Assembly: GCF_046295495.1 (NCBI RefSeq)
Contig: NZ_JBKBNC010000008.1
Coordinates: forward strand, 813 to 64,812
Length of the DNA stretch: 64,000 nucleotides
Reading direction: 5' to 3'
Source of the DNA: Microbacterium sp.
Lineage (GTDB): Bacteria > Actinomycetota > Actinomycetes > Actinomycetales > Microbacteriaceae
The notes beneath the pieces are model-generated. The model was not told where the DNA came from. It searched no databases and saw only the letters and a program-made list of their open reading frames with translations. Positions 52,344 through 62,257 of the stretch are shown here, in pieces. Made by a program: the position numbers and the translations under genes. Positions within the stretch are counted from its first letter, which is position 1. Every line of letters begins with the position of its first letter.

Positions 52344-53269
52344 CGACCTCGACCCCCCTCCTCGTGTCCGTTCCCTCCGCGCAACTCCGAGACGACCTCG
52401 GTGAGCTTCCCGACGACGTGGAGGTGGTCGTGTGGGACATGACGGATGCCGCGCCCCGCGAGCGTTTCGACATGGTGGTGCCTCCCTACATGTCGATGGA
52501 CGGCGTGATCGAGCGACTGTCCGAGATCGAGGTCGGCCTCGTTCAGGGCCAGTCGATCGGCTACGACAACGTGCAGGGGCGTCTGCCCGAGGGGATCCGC
52601 TTCGCGAACGCGTCGAGCGTGCACGAGACGGCGACCTCCGAGCTGGCCGTCGCCCTCACGCTGGCCGCACAGCGCCGCCTTCCCGACTTCGTGCGCGCGC
52701 AGGACCGCGGCGAGTGGACCGGCGGCGGCGCCCCCGGGCTCGCCGACGCCCGCGTGACGCTGCTCGGCTTCGGCGGGGTGGGACGGGCGATCGCGGCACG
52801 GATGCAGCCCTTCGAGGTGTCGCTGCGGGCCGTCGCCTCCCACGGGCGCCTGCAGGACGGCGTCGAGGTGTTCCCGCTCGGCAAGCTCGACGAGGTGCTC
52901 GCCGACACCGACGTGCTCATCGCCTCCCTCCCCGGCGGCGACGCGACGCGACACGTCATCGGCGACGCCGCGCTGTCGGCTCTGCCCGACGGCGCCCTCG
53001 TGGTGAACGTGGGCCGCGGTCCCCTCATCGACACCGAGGCCCTCGTGGATCACGTGCGCCGCGGTCGCATCCGCGCCGCGCTCGACGTCACCGACCCCGA
53101 GCCCCTGCCCGCGGACCACCCGCTGTGGAGCCTCGACGGCGTGCTCATCGCCCCGCACGTCGGAGGGGCGACGGATGCCATGCGCCCGCGGATCGCCCGC
53201 CTGGTGCGCCGCCAGATCGACCTCCTCCGGGCGGGCGAGGAGCCGGTCAACGTCGTCATCGGCGGCTGA
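52340..53269 (+). CDS. D-isomer-specific 2-hydroxyacid dehydrogenase family protein
   Basis: Tail of ORF 51110..53269 from ATG 52340, in an ATGA overlap. Motifs LLGFGGVGRAIA, VNVGRG, APHVGG. Confidence 0.8.
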   Translation: MTTSTPLLVSVPSAQLRDDLGELPDDVEVVVWDMTDAAPRERFDMVVPPYMSMDGVIERLSEIEVGLVQGQSIGYDNVQGRLPEGIRFANASSVHETATSELAVALTLAAQRRLPDFVRAQDRGEWTGGGAPGLADARVTLLGFGGVGRAIAARMQPFEVSLRAVASHGRLQDGVEVFPLGKLDEVLADTDVLIASLPGGDATRHVIGDAALSALPDGALVVNVGRGPLIDTEALVDHVRRGRIRAALDVTDPEPLPADHPLWSLDGVLIAPHVGGATDAMRPRIARLVRRQIDLLRAGEEPVNVVIGG

Positions 53270-54749
53270 GCCCACCCTCCGCCGGATCCGGGTCTCGACG
53301 GGACGGCAGGAGCATCCGGCCCGTCTCCGTGAGGAGGCGCGCATCGCGCCGCCCCAGCGTCGCCATCGCGACCGCCCACACCCCGAGCCACACGGCGGTG
53401 ACCGCGGCGAGTCGGCCCGGCGGGGGCAGCACCTGGAGGACGGCGAGGTCGAGTCCCCACGTCGAGAGCGTCGCCAGCGTGCTGACGCCGACCGGCACGA
53501 TCGCACCCGCGAGAAGCGCGCGCACGTCGAGCCCCGCCCGCGGGGCGAAGAAGAAGGTGCCCGAGGCCCAGATGAGCACCTGGCCGACCGCGACCCCGAC
53601 CGCCACACCCGCGGGCGCGAGCGGGGCGAGCGCCACGATGAGAAGGATCATCGGCACGCGCCCCACCGCCTCCGAGACGAAGAGCGTTCCGGAGTGCCCG
53701 AGGGCGGCGAAGCCCCAGTAGTAGGCGTAGGCGATCGTCTGGAACACCGCGCCCGCGGCCAGGATCGGCAGGAACTGCATGGCCGGAAGCCACGCCGCAC
53801 CGAGCACCACCTCGATGAGGGCCGGGCCGCCCACGACCAGCAGCCCGGTGACCGCGAGCAGGGCGTGGCTGACCAGCCGCTGCGCGCGCAGCAGGGCCGC
53901 GTTCAGGGCGAGCGGATCCCCCGCGACCGTGGCGAGCCGCGGGAGGACGATGCGCGTGAGCGGGGCGGCGATCTGCTGCAGCGGAAGCATCACGAGTTGG
54001 AAGGCGCGACTGTAGTAGCCCACCACGGTCGCGGAGTACCACGCCCCCATCGCGACGGTGTCGACGTTGCCGGCGGCGTACGACGCGGCGTACGTCGCGA
54101 ACGTCGACGCGCCGAAGGTGAGGAGTCGGCGCATCGGCGCCCGACGCGGCCGGCCGGGTCGCCAGCCCGACGCGACCGCGACCCAGACGAGCGTCACCAT
54201 CGCGGCCACACTCCCCTGCACGGCCAGGGCGAGGTATCCGCTTCCGGCGAGCGCGAGCAGCACCGCAACGGCCACCCCGGTCCCGTCGCCCGCGAGCTCG
54301 GACGCGGCGAGGCGGTGGAACCGCTCCCGCCGATTGATCTCCACCTGGAACTGCGCCGCCGTCGCGCGGAAGAGGGAGGCCGGGGCGGCGAGCAGCGCGA
54401 CCCACACGAGTCGGTCGTCGCCGAACGCCCTCGCGAGCGGCACCGCGCTCGCGGCGACGACGACGGCCAGCACCGTTCCGAGGGAGACGTTGATCCAGAA
54501 CAGGTTGCTCTTCTGCGCCTCGCTGAGCGACTCCTCCCGGAGCGCCGCCAGGCTGAGCCCGAAGTCGCCGATGACGGAGGCGATGCCGACGATCGCCAGG
54601 CCCAGGCTCACGACGCCGAAGTCGCCCGGGCCGATGAGACGCGCGAGGATCACGATGTTCGCGATCTGGAGCGCATAGCGCAGCCACTGCGTCGAGAGCA
54701 GGACCCCCGCCCCTCGCGCACGGGCCCCCACCGAACCTGCGGACTTCAC
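53256..54749 (-). CDS. Wzx-type polysaccharide/oligosaccharide flippase (MOP superfamily)
   Basis: 497-aa ORF with GTG start. About 12-14 TM. N-terminus WLRYALQIANIVILARLIGPGDFGVV. Convergent 14-nt overlap with the dehydrogenase gene. Confidence 0.8.
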   Translation of the reverse strand: MKSAGSVGARARGAGVLLSTQWLRYALQIANIVILARLIGPGDFGVVSLGLAIVGIASVIGDFGLSLAALREESLSEAQKSNLFWINVSLGTVLAVVVAASAVPLARAFGDDRLVWVALLAAPASLFRATAAQFQVEINRRERFHRLAASELAGDGTGVAVAVLLALAGSGYLALAVQGSVAAMVTLVWVAVASGWRPGRPRRAPMRRLLTFGASTFATYAASYAAGNVDTVAMGAWYSATVVGYYSRAFQLVMLPLQQIAAPLTRIVLPRLATVAGDPLALNAALLRAQRLVSHALLAVTGLLVVGGPALIEVVLGAAWLPAMQFLPILAAGAVFQTIAYAYYWGFAALGHSGTLFVSEAVGRVPMILLIVALAPLAPAGVAVGVAVGQVLIWASGTFFFAPRAGLDVRALLAGAIVPVGVSTLATLSTWGLDLAVLQVLPPPGRLAAVTAVWLGVWAVAMATLGRRDARLLTETGRMLLPSRRDPDPAEGGLSRR

Positions 54750-54929
54750 GTCGGCGCCCTCCCTCGTCGCACACGCGGTCGCCGCACGTGCGTCGAGAAG
54801 GATAGTTTTCGCGGCGGCGCGTTCAGCCCCGGGCGCCCGCTCCCTGCCCGCGCGGGGGACGCGAATTCACCCCCGTGCACGTCGACGCTCCCCCGTCCGG
54901 GGCGCGGAAGGCACCGGCATCCACCGTCC

Positions 54930-54935
54930 TAGCCT
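54930..54935 (+). promoter_or_regulatory. -10 hexamer TAGCCT 6 nt before ATG 54942 (leaderless predicted)
   Basis: Read directly. Confidence 0.45.
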
Positions 54936-54941
54936 GAGCGG

Positions 54942-56351
54942 ATGAGCTCCCCCGCCGTCGTCGCCGCCCCGGCGCCCACCCCGGCCCTGCGCTCCGCCTT
55001 CCGGCGGTCCCTCGACGACCGCACCCCCGGTGCACGGGCCGTGTCGTACGGGGTGCTGCTGCTGCTGTGGGTCGTGTCGATCGGGGGCTCGATCGCGCAG
55101 ACGCTGACCATGACCCGCAAGCAGGCGGCCGAGGGACTGCAGACCGTCTACACGCAGGCCGTGATCGACGCGGGGCACATCGCGTTCCTGGTCCCGGCGG
55201 TGATCGCCGTGCTCGTCATCGTGTTCCGCGTCGTCCACGTGCGCAACGACATCGCCCCGCTCCTGCTCGCCATCACGCCGTCCGCGTGGATCGCGTTCAG
55301 CGAGTTCGCTCGCGGCAACGCCGTCACCGAGCAGGTGCTGCTGCCGATCGGCGTCGCGGTGACACTCTGGGCGGTGCAGACCCGCGTGGGCGATCTGCGG
55401 CTGTACGCCCTCGCCGCGGCCATCCTCGCGACCGTGTCCATGGCCCTGACCACGAGCGCTCCCGCGCTGATGTACATGCCCCAGAGCTTCGACGAGGCGA
55501 CCGACAAGACGGTCACCGGCCTCCCCCTGCTCGCAGGATTCTTCAGCCACCCGAACGGCGCGGGACTCTTCTTCGCGCTGGCGCTCCCCCTCACCTCGCT
55601 GTTCCAGCGGTGGTACCTCCGCGGGGCGTGCGCCGCCGTGTTGTTGACGGCCATCCTGTGGACGTCCTCGCGCACCGCGCTGTTCGGAGCAGGCGTCTGG
55701 CTCGCGGTGATGCTCCTGCGCCCGTTCGTGCGGCGCACGCTCCACCGGGTCCTGCTCGTCGCGCTCGTCGGGCTGACGGTCGCCGTGGTCGCTCTGCCCC
55801 TGACGACGACCGACGCCGAGGCGTTCACGGAGCGCGGCGCGATCTGGCAGTTCCTCCTCGGCCGGCTCAACGGGCAGGAGTGGCTCTTCGGCCTCGGCCA
55901 CGCGTGGTTCTCCGACAACTACCCGATGCTGAAGTCGGCGCTGTCGAGCGCCGCGAGCCACGGTCACAACGTCTTCGTGACCTACGCGGTGACCGGCGGC
56001 CTCGTGCTCGTCGCCCTCCTCGGGCTGGTCGTGGCCCACACCGCGCGCATCGCCTCGCGGCTCCCCATCGAGCGCGAACGGGTCGCCGCGATGGCGTTCC
56101 TGTGCGTACTCGTCGCCGTTTCGATCACCGAGACCGCGTGGCGCCTCGAGGCGCCCGACACCCTGTTCGCCGCCATGGCGGTGCCGCTCTTCGTCATCGC
56201 GACGCAGAGCCGGCCCATGGCGAGTGAGCGGCGGGGGAGCCCGGACCGCCCGCCGGTCACCAGGACGCACCCGGGTGGGAACCGCCAACCGGCGGGTGAC
56301 CGGCCGGATGATTCGAGCGCTTCGCGCCGGGCGTCGGCGCCGCTGCGCTGA
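54942..56351 (+). CDS. O-antigen ligase/polymerase (Wzy_C) family membrane protein
   Basis: 469-aa polytopic ORF. The loop context HPNGAGLFFALALP...WTSSRTALFG is typical of the family. Confidence 0.7.
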   Translation: MSSPAVVAAPAPTPALRSAFRRSLDDRTPGARAVSYGVLLLLWVVSIGGSIAQTLTMTRKQAAEGLQTVYTQAVIDAGHIAFLVPAVIAVLVIVFRVVHVRNDIAPLLLAITPSAWIAFSEFARGNAVTEQVLLPIGVAVTLWAVQTRVGDLRLYALAAAILATVSMALTTSAPALMYMPQSFDEATDKTVTGLPLLAGFFSHPNGAGLFFALALPLTSLFQRWYLRGACAAVLLTAILWTSSRTALFGAGVWLAVMLLRPFVRRTLHRVLLVALVGLTVAVVALPLTTTDAEAFTERGAIWQFLLGRLNGQEWLFGLGHAWFSDNYPMLKSALSSAASHGHNVFVTYAVTGGLVLVALLGLVVAHTARIASRLPIERERVAAMAFLCVLVAVSITETAWRLEAPDTLFAAMAVPLFVIATQSRPMASERRGSPDRPPVTRTHPGGNRQPAGDRPDDSSASRRASAPLR

Positions 56352-56366
56352 CCGACCGACGTCAAG

Positions 56367-56382
56367 CCGTCGCGCGCGACGG
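56367..56382. terminator. Perfect 16-bp palindrome CCGTCGCGCGCGACGG between convergent genes
   Basis: Read directly. It abuts the GT2 stop codon. Confidence 0.4.
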
Positions 56383-57393
56383 TCAGCGTCGGCGCAGCCC
56401 GAGGCGGTTCGCGACGCCGCGCAGGCGCCGCAGGTTGGTCGAGCCCGGGGGCAGGTCCCAGGTCAACAGCGACCGCACCGTCGCATCCGAGATCCGCCGC
56501 CCCCTCTGGATCGCCCGGCGCTCGCGGAGCTTCCTCGGCGTCTTCACGAGGGCGATCGCGACCGCCCGCACCGCCGTCGCCCCCTGACCGCGCAGCACCG
56601 CACGCGCGAAGGTGAGGCTCGAGGCGAGCAGCAGCCGTGGCGCGACGATCGGCAGGAACCGGGCGGGGACGTTCTTGACCATCACCCACCCGAGGTTCTT
56701 CAGGGTCTGGTGGGTGGTGAACCCGGGGATCCGGCCGCTCGTCGCGCCGATCCGGTGGTACGCGATCGCCCGGGGGGCCAGGCGCACCTTCCAGCCGCGC
56801 AACTGGGCGCGCCAGCTGAGGTCGACGTCTTCGAAGTAGGCGAAGAAGTCCTCGTCGAACAGGCCGACGTCGCGCAGCATGGCCGATCGGTACAGCGTCG
56901 ATCCCCCGCTCGCGCCGAAGATCACGACGGCGTCGTCGTAGGCGTCGAGCCGCTCCTCCCCGCGTCCCCGCGGAAAGGGGAGGCCCCAGGTCGAGTAGCA
57001 CTCGCCGGTGCTGTCGAGGCGGCGGCCGTCGATCGTGACGAACCGGCTCGCGACCATGCCGATGCACGCATCTCCCGACGCCACCGCCGTCAATTCCTCG
57101 ACCCACGTCGGCTCGACGATCGCGTCGTTGTTCAGCAGGACGACGAACTCGCGCCCGCGGTGCAGCGCGTAGCGGATGCCGACGTTCACCCCGCCCGCGA
57201 AACCGAGGTTCACGGGCTGCACCAGCAGCGTGACGGACGGATACGAGGAGCGCACCATGTCGACCGACCCGTCGGTCGAGCCGTTCTCGACCACGACGAT
57301 CTCGACGGGCACCGTCTGGGCCAGGACGGAGTCGAGGCACGCGGCCAGCTCTTCGCGACCGTTCCAGTTCGGGATCACGACCGCGTGCCTCAT
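56383..57393 (-). CDS. Family 2 glycosyltransferase
   Basis: ORF 56383..57471 trimmed to ATG 57393, in an ATGA overlap. N-terminus VVIPNWNGREELAACLDSV, then NNDA and the ED motif YFEDVDLSWR. Confidence 0.85.
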   Translation of the reverse strand: MRHAVVIPNWNGREELAACLDSVLAQTVPVEIVVVENGSTDGSVDMVRSSYPSVTLLVQPVNLGFAGGVNVGIRYALHRGREFVVLLNNDAIVEPTWVEELTAVASGDACIGMVASRFVTIDGRRLDSTGECYSTWGLPFPRGRGEERLDAYDDAVVIFGASGGSTLYRSAMLRDVGLFDEDFFAYFEDVDLSWRAQLRGWKVRLAPRAIAYHRIGATSGRIPGFTTHQTLKNLGWVMVKNVPARFLPIVAPRLLLASSLTFARAVLRGQGATAVRAVAIALVKTPRKLRERRAIQRGRRISDATVRSLLTWDLPPGSTNLRRLRGVANRLGLRRR

Positions 57394-58622
57394 CGCGTGC
57401 TCTCCCGTCCGAGGAGCGCCCGTTCGAGACGGTGCGGAAAGGTCGCCGCCGAGAACACCGACCGCGCCCATCGACGCGTCGCCTCCGCCTCGCTCCAGGC
57501 GCGGGGCGGGTCGTCGAGGACCCGGGCCAGGGCGGCGGCGATCGTGCCGGCCTCATCGGCGACGACCAGGCCACCGCCGGCCCCTTCGCCGGCGAGCCCT
57601 TCCGCCCCGACGGTGGTCGAGACGACGGGGATGCCGCGCGTCAGGGCCTCGACCGTCTTGAACTTCAGCCCAGCACCCATCCGCAGGGGGACCACGACGG
57701 CCGTGGCCTCGTCGTAGGCGGGATCGAGGGATGCCATCTCGCCCGTGACCTCCAGAAGAGGATCGGCCGCAGCAGCGGCCTGCATCCGCGCGGTGGGCCC
57801 GGCCCCGGCGAGCACGAATCGCGCACCCGGGTGCGCGGTGCGCACGCGCGGGATGATCTCGTCGATGAGCCACTCCGCGGCTTCGGCGTTGACCGCGCGG
57901 AAGAACGCTCCGACGAAGAGCACGGTCGCTCCTGCACCCGCGACGGAACGCGCCCCGTCGTCCGTGGCGTCTCCCCCGGGGAAGGGGGGACGCAGGACGG
58001 TGACGCCCGCATCCGCTCCGCGGAGGCGCCGCGCGTAGCCGGCATCCTTCTCGCTGAAGACGATCACCGTGTCGACGTCCCGGTAGACGCGGCCCTCGTC
58101 GCGCGCCACGCTGCGGGTGCGCCACCGTCCGAGCCCCCGGGCGGCGGAGCGCGGGCGGGTCGTGGCGAAGATGCGCTCATAGGTCTGGGCGATGACGTCG
58201 TGCACCACCACGACGAGCCGGGCCCGCGGGGCGATCCGGCGCAGCGCGAGGGCGATCCACCCCAGCTCCGTCCACTGCGCCTCGACCAGGTCGGCGCGGG
58301 AGACGGCCCGCCGCGCCGCGGCGTCCCTCTGGACGGCGCGGCGGTACCGGTGCGGCGGGCGCACGGGGAAGAGGCGGATCTGCTGGGTGTCGAACCACTC
58401 GGCCACGCGGCCGGTCCATCGGGGAGCGCAGACCACGACGTCGACGTCGGAGACGTCCCGCAGCCGCCGCGCATTCTCCGCGTTCCCCCGCCAGTCCGGG
58501 GCGACGATGGTCACCTCGTGGCCGACGGCACGCAGCGCGCGGATATGGGCGAGCACGTACTGCCCACCCGCATGGGGGATGCCGGGGTAGGGCACGTGCG
58601 CCACGAGACTGACGATCCGCAT
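57390..58622 (-). CDS. Family 4 (GT-B) glycosyltransferase
   Basis: ORF 57390..58640 trimmed to ATG 58622 (MRIVSLVAHVPYP), with GGAGGAGGA SD. The C-terminal half looks like a GT-B retaining transferase. Confidence 0.8.
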   Translation of the reverse strand: MRIVSLVAHVPYPGIPHAGGQYVLAHIRALRAVGHEVTIVAPDWRGNAENARRLRDVSDVDVVVCAPRWTGRVAEWFDTQQIRLFPVRPPHRYRRAVQRDAAARRAVSRADLVEAQWTELGWIALALRRIAPRARLVVVVHDVIAQTYERIFATTRPRSAARGLGRWRTRSVARDEGRVYRDVDTVIVFSEKDAGYARRLRGADAGVTVLRPPFPGGDATDDGARSVAGAGATVLFVGAFFRAVNAEAAEWLIDEIIPRVRTAHPGARFVLAGAGPTARMQAAAAADPLLEVTGEMASLDPAYDEATAVVVPLRMGAGLKFKTVEALTRGIPVVSTTVGAEGLAGEGAGGGLVVADEAGTIAAALARVLDDPPRAWSEAEATRRWARSVFSAATFPHRLERALLGRESTR

Positions 58623-58883
58623 GGGTCCTCCTCCGCGCACGCTTCCGGCGGGCGGGCTCGAACACCCGGGCGGGTGGGGCGCGGACGGGCGTGCGACCCG
58701 AGCGAACGTATCAACCGCCTCGTCGGGCCCAGGCGGGTGTCACGCCGACGGGCGCGCGACGCGTTGAAGTTCACCCGGAAGCTCACCTGACGGGGCCCAC
58801 GGCGATCGGCATCGAACGGCCCGGCAGCGCAGCGCGACGACGGCCATAATCGCGGGAGCCCCGCCCGAGAAGAGGAAACACCC

Positions 58884-59987
58884 TTGGTCGCATCCCCGCC
58901 CCACATCGTCATCGACGCCCGATCGATGTTCACGTCCACGGGCCGCTACACCCGCAACCTCATCGCGCATCTCGAACGGATCGACACCGAGCACCGCTAC
59001 ACCGTCGTCCTGCCCCGGGACCGCCTCGACGACTGGACGCCGACCAATCCCCTCTTCCGCGCGGCCCCGACCGACACCCCCTACTTCTCCTGGCGGGAGC
59101 AGACGACCTTCGGGCGCGAGCTGCGGGCTCTCCGACCCGACCTCGTGCACTTCGCGATGCCGCAGCAACCGCTCTTCCTGGGCGCCCGTCGGGTCACGAC
59201 CTTCCTCGACCTCACGCTGCTGAAGGTGCGCAATCGCAAGAAGCACTGGGCGACATCGGCGGTGAAGCGGGTGATCGGGGCGGGGGCCTTCGTGGTGGCC
59301 GCCCACCGATCGCGCGTCAACCTCGTCATCAGTGCGCACGGCGGGCGCGACCTGATCGCCTACACGCGGGTGCGGCCGCAGAGCCTGCGCCTCACCTCCC
59401 CCGCGGCCGACCTCCTGCCGCACCCGGCGGCCGAGGTCGCCCAACCGTTCCCGCGGTTCGTGCTGTTCGTCGGCCGCCAGGAGCCCTACAAGAACCTGCG
59501 GCGACTCATCCGCGCCGTGGCCGACCTGCGTGCGGCCGGACGCACCGTGGGCCTGGTGGTGGCCGGTGCGATCGACGACGACGGCGCCCGGCTCATCGCC
59601 GCCCTCGACGACCGTCAGCGCGAGGCCGTTCACTTCACCGGGTTCGTCGACGACGCCGGACTGCGGTGGCTGTACGAGAACGCGGCGGTCTTCGCCTTCC
59701 CCTCGTTCTTCGAGGGCTTCGGCCTGCCGGGGCTCGAGGCGATGCGGCACGGCTGCGCCGTGGTCAGCAGCAACAGCACCTGCCTCCCCGAGGTCTACGG
59801 CGACGCCGCCGTGTACTTCGACCCGGCCCGGACGCAGGAGATGCGCGAGGTGATCGAGCGCGTGCTGACCGATGACGAGCTGGCGGCCGCGCTGCGCGAG
59901 CGCGGACACGCCCGTGCCCGTCTTTACTCGTGGGAGGAGATGGCCGAGCGCACCCTCGACGCCTACCGCGACGCGCTCGCGCCGTGA
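58884..59987 (+). CDS. Family 4 (GT-B) glycosyltransferase
   Basis: 367-aa ORF with TTG start and GAGGAA SD. Motif FAFPSFFEGFGLPGLEAMRHGCAVV (EX7E-type). Confidence 0.8.
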   Translation: MVASPPHIVIDARSMFTSTGRYTRNLIAHLERIDTEHRYTVVLPRDRLDDWTPTNPLFRAAPTDTPYFSWREQTTFGRELRALRPDLVHFAMPQQPLFLGARRVTTFLDLTLLKVRNRKKHWATSAVKRVIGAGAFVVAAHRSRVNLVISAHGGRDLIAYTRVRPQSLRLTSPAADLLPHPAAEVAQPFPRFVLFVGRQEPYKNLRRLIRAVADLRAAGRTVGLVVAGAIDDDGARLIAALDDRQREAVHFTGFVDDAGLRWLYENAAVFAFPSFFEGFGLPGLEAMRHGCAVVSSNSTCLPEVYGDAAVYFDPARTQEMREVIERVLTDDELAAALRERGHARARLYSWEEMAERTLDAYRDALAP

Positions 59988-60012
59988 GCCCGCACGGCGC
60001 CCGACCTCGGTC

Positions 60013-60852
60013 TCACCCGGCCGCCCGCCGCGCGTAGGCGTTCGCGACGGCTGCGACGTCGTCGACGTAGCTGTCGAGGTGGTTGTACGAGAACACCGCG
60101 CGCCGCCACCCGGTGGGGCTGGTCATCTCGCCCGCGGCGCAGAGGGTACGGCCCGCGGCGAGGGCGGCGTCGTCGATCTGGTTCGGGTCGGCCACGCCGT
60201 CGCCGTTCGCGTCGGCTCCCCACCGCTGCCACGTCGAGGGGATGAACTGCAGAGGCCCCACGGCGCGATCCCACGCGGCATCCCCGTCGAGGCGACCGCC
60301 GTCGGTGTCGGCGATCGCCGCGCTCGCGGTGCCGTCGAGGGCGATGCCGCGGATGGGCGGGTCGGGGTGGCCGTCGGCGCGCAGGACACCGCCGGCGTGC
60401 GTGCCGTGCGCGGACTCGATCTCGCCGAGACCGGCGAGCGTGTTCCACCCCAGGCCGCACTCGGGCTGCTGCGCCGCCATGGTGAGGGCGGCCGAGGCGT
60501 AGGCCTGCAGGGCGCGCGCGGGGATGCCGACGCGGGCCGCGGTCGCCGCGGTCCAGGTCGGGTCGGCGGCGACGGTCACCGCGGGCTCGGTCGGCGCGGG
60601 CGCAGCGGGCTGTGCCGACGGGGCCGTCTCGGCGGGCGCCGTCTGCGCGGCCACCGTCAAATCGGCACCGGATGCCGCTCCCGTCGACGCGCCCGCCCAC
60701 GGCGCCGCCGCACGTCGCTCGGCGTCACCGGCCAGCGCCTGCGCCTGCACGACCAACACGCCGCCGACGACGACGGTGACGACGGCGATGACCATCGCCG
60801 CCATCCACGGCCAGATCGGCCGGCGCGCAGCCTCGTCGAGGTCCACGGACAC
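60013..60852 (-). CDS. Lytic murein transglycosylase (SLT_2/MltB-like), membrane-anchored
   Basis: 279-aa ORF with an N-terminal TM. Motifs GLGEIESAHG and GPLQFIPSTWQRWG. Confidence 0.85.
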   Translation of the reverse strand: MSVDLDEAARRPIWPWMAAMVIAVVTVVVGGVLVVQAQALAGDAERRAAAPWAGASTGAASGADLTVAAQTAPAETAPSAQPAAPAPTEPAVTVAADPTWTAATAARVGIPARALQAYASAALTMAAQQPECGLGWNTLAGLGEIESAHGTHAGGVLRADGHPDPPIRGIALDGTASAAIADTDGGRLDGDAAWDRAVGPLQFIPSTWQRWGADANGDGVADPNQIDDAALAAGRTLCAAGEMTSPTGWRRAVFSYNHLDSYVDDVAAVANAYARRAAG

Positions 60853-60946
60853 CTCCCGGGCGCTCGTCGGGAGGAGCGCACGCGGAACACTAGGGGCGTG
60901 CGCGATCGGGCGCGTGAACGCGCGGGATACGACGGATGCCGGGCGG

Positions 60947-62158
60947 TCAGCCGCGGAAACCCGCGGGGTTCGACAGCAGGTCGGCGAAGGCCAGCTCGGC
61001 CGGCCCGATGAGCATGAGACGTGAGCGCAGGTGCGCGCGCTCGAGACGGATCGTGCGCCCCTCGGCGCCGAGCGGGTGCACGCGCACGGCGTCGGCGAGG
61101 CGTTCGCGACTCACCGACAGCAGGGCGCCCAGGTAGCCCGAGAGCACCACCGTCTCGGGGGCGAAGGCGTTGACGAAATTGGTGAGGGCGAGCGAGAGCA
61201 TCTCGACCTGGCGGGTCACCTCGGTCATCACGCGGGGGTTGCGGGCCACGCCGAGCTCGACGTCGAGTTCGTCCTCGTCGAGCTTGCGGCGACCCAGCAG
61301 CGGTTCGAGCAGATCGAGGCTCACCTCGGCCTCGAGGCAGCCGCGTCGCCCGCACACGCACGCGCGCCCGCGCGGGTCGACGACCGTGTGGCCGAGTTCG
61401 CCGGCGTAGCCCGACGTGCCGCGCAGCAGCGTCCCGTCGATGATGAGCCCGCCGCCGATGCTGTGCATGGCCCCGCCGAGGTAGAGCAGGTTGCCGACGC
61501 CCGCCCCCACGCCGAAGCGGGATTCCGCGAGGGCACCGATGCTCGCGTCGTTGCCGGCGGTCACCGGCATCCCGAGCTCGTCGCTCAGGCGTGCCGACAC
61601 GGGGTCGCGGCGCCACCCCAGCGTCGGCGAGACGAGCACCGATCCGTTCGCGTTGACGAGACCGGGAACGGCCAGTCCCGCCCCGACGACGCGGTAGTGG
61701 CGGTCGATGTCGGCGCGCATCGCCTCGACCGAGGAGGCGACGATCTGCACGAAGCGCCGCGGCGAGGGGGCGCTGGCGGTGTCGTGGCGCAGCCGGGCGT
61801 GCACGACGCCGCCGAGGCCGACCAGGGCGACGGTGACCGCGTGCGGCTCGGCACGCACGCTCAGGGCGGCGACGTGGTCCTCGGGTTCGAGATCGAGGGT
61901 GGGGCGGCCGACCTTGCCCGTGCGCTCCCCGCTCGGCGCCTCGCGTACGAGGCCGAGCTCGGTGAGCTCCATGATGAGGCCGGTCACTGTGGAGCGGTTC
62001 AGACCCGTCGTCGCGCCGAGCTGGGCGCGTGAGAGCGCTCCCCGGGAATGGAGCAGCGACAGGACGGACGCGAGGTTCTGCTGACGGATCAGGTCGTTCG
62101 TCGTACGGCCAGCCGGCGGCGCGAGCGGGGTTGCGGGCTCGAACACGGCAGGAGTCAT
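60947..62158 (-). CDS. ROK-family transcriptional regulator (XylR-like)
   Basis: 403-aa ORF. N-terminal wHTH (LSRAQLGATTGLNRSTVTGLIMEL). ROK domain with Zn motif GHTVVDPRGRACVCGRRGCLE. Confidence 0.85.
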   Translation of the reverse strand: MTPAVFEPATPLAPPAGRTTNDLIRQQNLASVLSLLHSRGALSRAQLGATTGLNRSTVTGLIMELTELGLVREAPSGERTGKVGRPTLDLEPEDHVAALSVRAEPHAVTVALVGLGGVVHARLRHDTASAPSPRRFVQIVASSVEAMRADIDRHYRVVGAGLAVPGLVNANGSVLVSPTLGWRRDPVSARLSDELGMPVTAGNDASIGALAESRFGVGAGVGNLLYLGGAMHSIGGGLIIDGTLLRGTSGYAGELGHTVVDPRGRACVCGRRGCLEAEVSLDLLEPLLGRRKLDEDELDVELGVARNPRVMTEVTRQVEMLSLALTNFVNAFAPETVVLSGYLGALLSVSRERLADAVRVHPLGAEGRTIRLERAHLRSRLMLIGPAELAFADLLSNPAGFRG

Positions 62159-62219
62159 GAGGGAGACACCTCCCCCATCATCGCATCGCGGCGAGCAGGG
62201 GAGAAAAGCTGCCGGAGCA

Positions 62220-62254
62220 GATGGGGAGCGGGCCGTGAGGCCGCGCTCCCCATC
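62220..62254 (-). terminator. 11-bp perfect-arm hairpin GATGGGGAGCG...CGCTCCCCATC after the permease gene
   Basis: Read directly, 4 nt after the stop of the 62258 gene on the minus strand. Confidence 0.55.
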
Positions 62255-62257
62255 CGC

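Noticed and set aside
53256-53269. 14-nt convergent overlap (2-hydroxyacid dehydrogenase vs Wzx), and the zero-gap convergent stops at 40589/40590
   Set aside because: Short convergent 3' overlaps are common in compact high-GC genomes. There is no further signal such as a frameshift or a shared hairpin.
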